From the NCBI GenBank assembly GCA_036522215.1, contig DATDGH010000109.1:1-42375 (forward strand): a stretch of DNA of 42,375 bases. The letters are read 5' to 3'. The DNA is from Candidatus Angelobacter sp. GTDB taxonomy: Bacteria; Acidobacteriota; Terriglobia; Terriglobales; Acidobacteriaceae. Both the position numbers and the translations under genes were made by a program. This document shows, piece after piece, positions 41,375 through 42,375 of the stretch; within the stretch, counting starts at the first letter, position 1; every line of letters starts with the position of its first letter. A model generated the notes under the pieces. It worked only from the letters and a program-made list of their open reading frames with translations, did no database searches and was not told the origin of the DNA.

Positions 41375-42375
41375 TCACCGTCTTTCCAGAATCTCATCCA
41401 CGTATAAGTCGCGGCCTTTCTGGACGCGTATGGTGCGGCGCACCGGCTTGTAACCATCCAGTCTCAACACAATATCGTAGGTCCCTGGATCCACTGGCCA
41501 CATCACATTGGTCTTTCGCGGCGCCACCTGATCGCCAACCTGGATAGTTGCGCCTTCCGGGACGGTATGAATGTGGACCATGCCCTTGCCTTCCGGAATC
41601 GCCTCAGAGGGGTTCCCCAGCATTTTTCTCCAGAAGCCGGGACGATTGCTCTGCCTCATCTCGGTTGTGGGCTGCAACAGGACAGGGCTCAAATCCCACG
41701 TCTGGCCTTCAGCCAGCGTTTCCGTTGAGGATACATCTTTGAATCCGGGCTTACGCAGCAAGACGGTGTGATCACCTTTCTCCAGGACAATCTCCGCCGG
41801 AGTAATCATGCCGGTGTCTTTGCCGTCCACCTCGATGTTTGCCCCTTGTGGAGTGCTATTGACCACCAACTTGGAAATGGCAGGCTTCATTTGGACAGCG
41901 AACGGCAAACTCTTCCCCACGGTAACGTCCACGGTGCGTGTCTCCGGCAGGTAGCCGGCTTTGGAAAAGACTACGGTGTGCGTGCCAGCGCTCAGGTTCG
42001 ATGCCTGGAATGGCGTGATCCATGTGGGTTCAGTCCAGCCGTCAACCTGCACTTTGGCCCCACGCGGCTGAGAATCAAAACGTAATTCACCGCGGTTTTT
42101 TATAACTGCATTGGGTGAAACCTGTGGTTTCTGCGGTGACGGTTTGCTCTCTGCTTCAGCTTCTGCCGGCGGTGGAACGGGAGTAGTGCTCGTCTGTTGC
42201 TGCGCGGAACTCTGAACGGCTTTGCGGTCGGCGGCAGCCTGCTGGATCTGCTGCTGTTTTAATCTCTGTTCCAGCTCCCGGTCCACTTTTTCCACCCGGA
42301 GAGCGTTTCGATAGCGATAGTATCCGTAACCTCCCAGGGCAACCGCTACCAGCAACACGCTGACGAGCACAATCC
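41375..42375 (-). CDS. PEGA-domain protein (5'-partial; N-terminus outside window)
   Basis: TM helix, coiled-coil/Gln-rich linker, then three PEGA-like repeats (GAKVQVDG...GTHTVVFSKAGY; GANIEVDG...GDHTVLLRKPGF; GATIQVGD...GTYDIVLRLDGY). The frame is open to the window edge. Confidence 0.8.
   Translation of the reverse strand, partial: IVLVSVLLVAVALGGYGYYRYRNALRVEKVDRELEQRLKQQQIQQAAADRKAVQSSAQQQTSTTPVPPPAEAEAESKPSPQKPQVSPNAVIKNRGELRFDSQPRGAKVQVDGWTEPTWITPFQASNLSAGTHTVVFSKAGYLPETRTVDVTVGKSLPFAVQMKPAISKLVVNSTPQGANIEVDGKDTGMITPAEIVLEKGDHTVLLRKPGFKDVSSTETLAEGQTWDLSPVLLQPTTEMRQSNRPGFWRKMLGNPSEAIPEGKGMVHIHTVPEGATIQVGDQVAPRKTNVMWPVDPGTYDIVLRLDGYKPVRRTIRVQKGRDLYVDEILERR

Noticed and set aside
1-42375. 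Scan for tRNA, rRNA, CRISPR arrays, transposases or integrases
   Set aside because: Reading by eye, I found no T-loop/acceptor-stem patterns, no rRNA-like conserved blocks, no regularly spaced repeats of 24-48 nt, and no DDE/tyrosine-recombinase ORFs. A tRNAscan/Infernal run would be needed to be certain.

Overview
This is a chromosomal, mostly housekeeping segment from a moderately GC-rich genome. I infer it is an acidobacterium from an ADOP-type duplicated FtsX/MacB permease, a PEGA-domain protein, DinB, and lysine-rich tails on ribosome-associated proteins. I support about 40 CDS:

- An ABC-2 exporter with a DesK/NarL-type two-component system.
- An ArsR plus SRPBCC pair.
- An OmpR-type two-component system.
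- A dihaem cytochrome c.
- The conserved rplU-rpmA-obg-nadD-rsfS cluster.
- Two type II toxin-antitoxin pairs (MazF-like and VapBC).
- A TauE exporter, an M28/PSMA-like peptidase and ComEC.
- A long minus-strand run: rlmD-like, unknown, coaX, birA, nadC, valS.
- A REC-domain protein with a roughly 480-aa disordered tail, then bamD and rpe.
- An orphan OppF-like ATPase next to the ADOP permease, and a PIN-TRAM (YacL-like) protein.
- An FHA-GAF-cyclase beside the PEGA protein.

I recognised no rRNA, tRNA, CRISPR array, transposase or integrase.

The best candidate for something undescribed is the 863-nt ORF-free intergenic block at 27675-28537, between valS and the REC gene. It is packed with perfect hairpins, nested inverted heptamers, tandem repeats, an in-frame triplicated motif and an AT-rich island, and it matches no RNA family I can recognise by eye. 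Secondary candidates:

- A 44-nt perfect dispersed repeat abutting the 5' ends of two unrelated genes.
- A plus-strand terminator/antiterminator-like element at 38.7-38.85 kb with no upstream gene.
- A 270-nt unexplained spacer upstream of the REC gene.
- A translationally coupled unknown 230-aa protein.

All functional calls come from motif recognition only; no searches were run.
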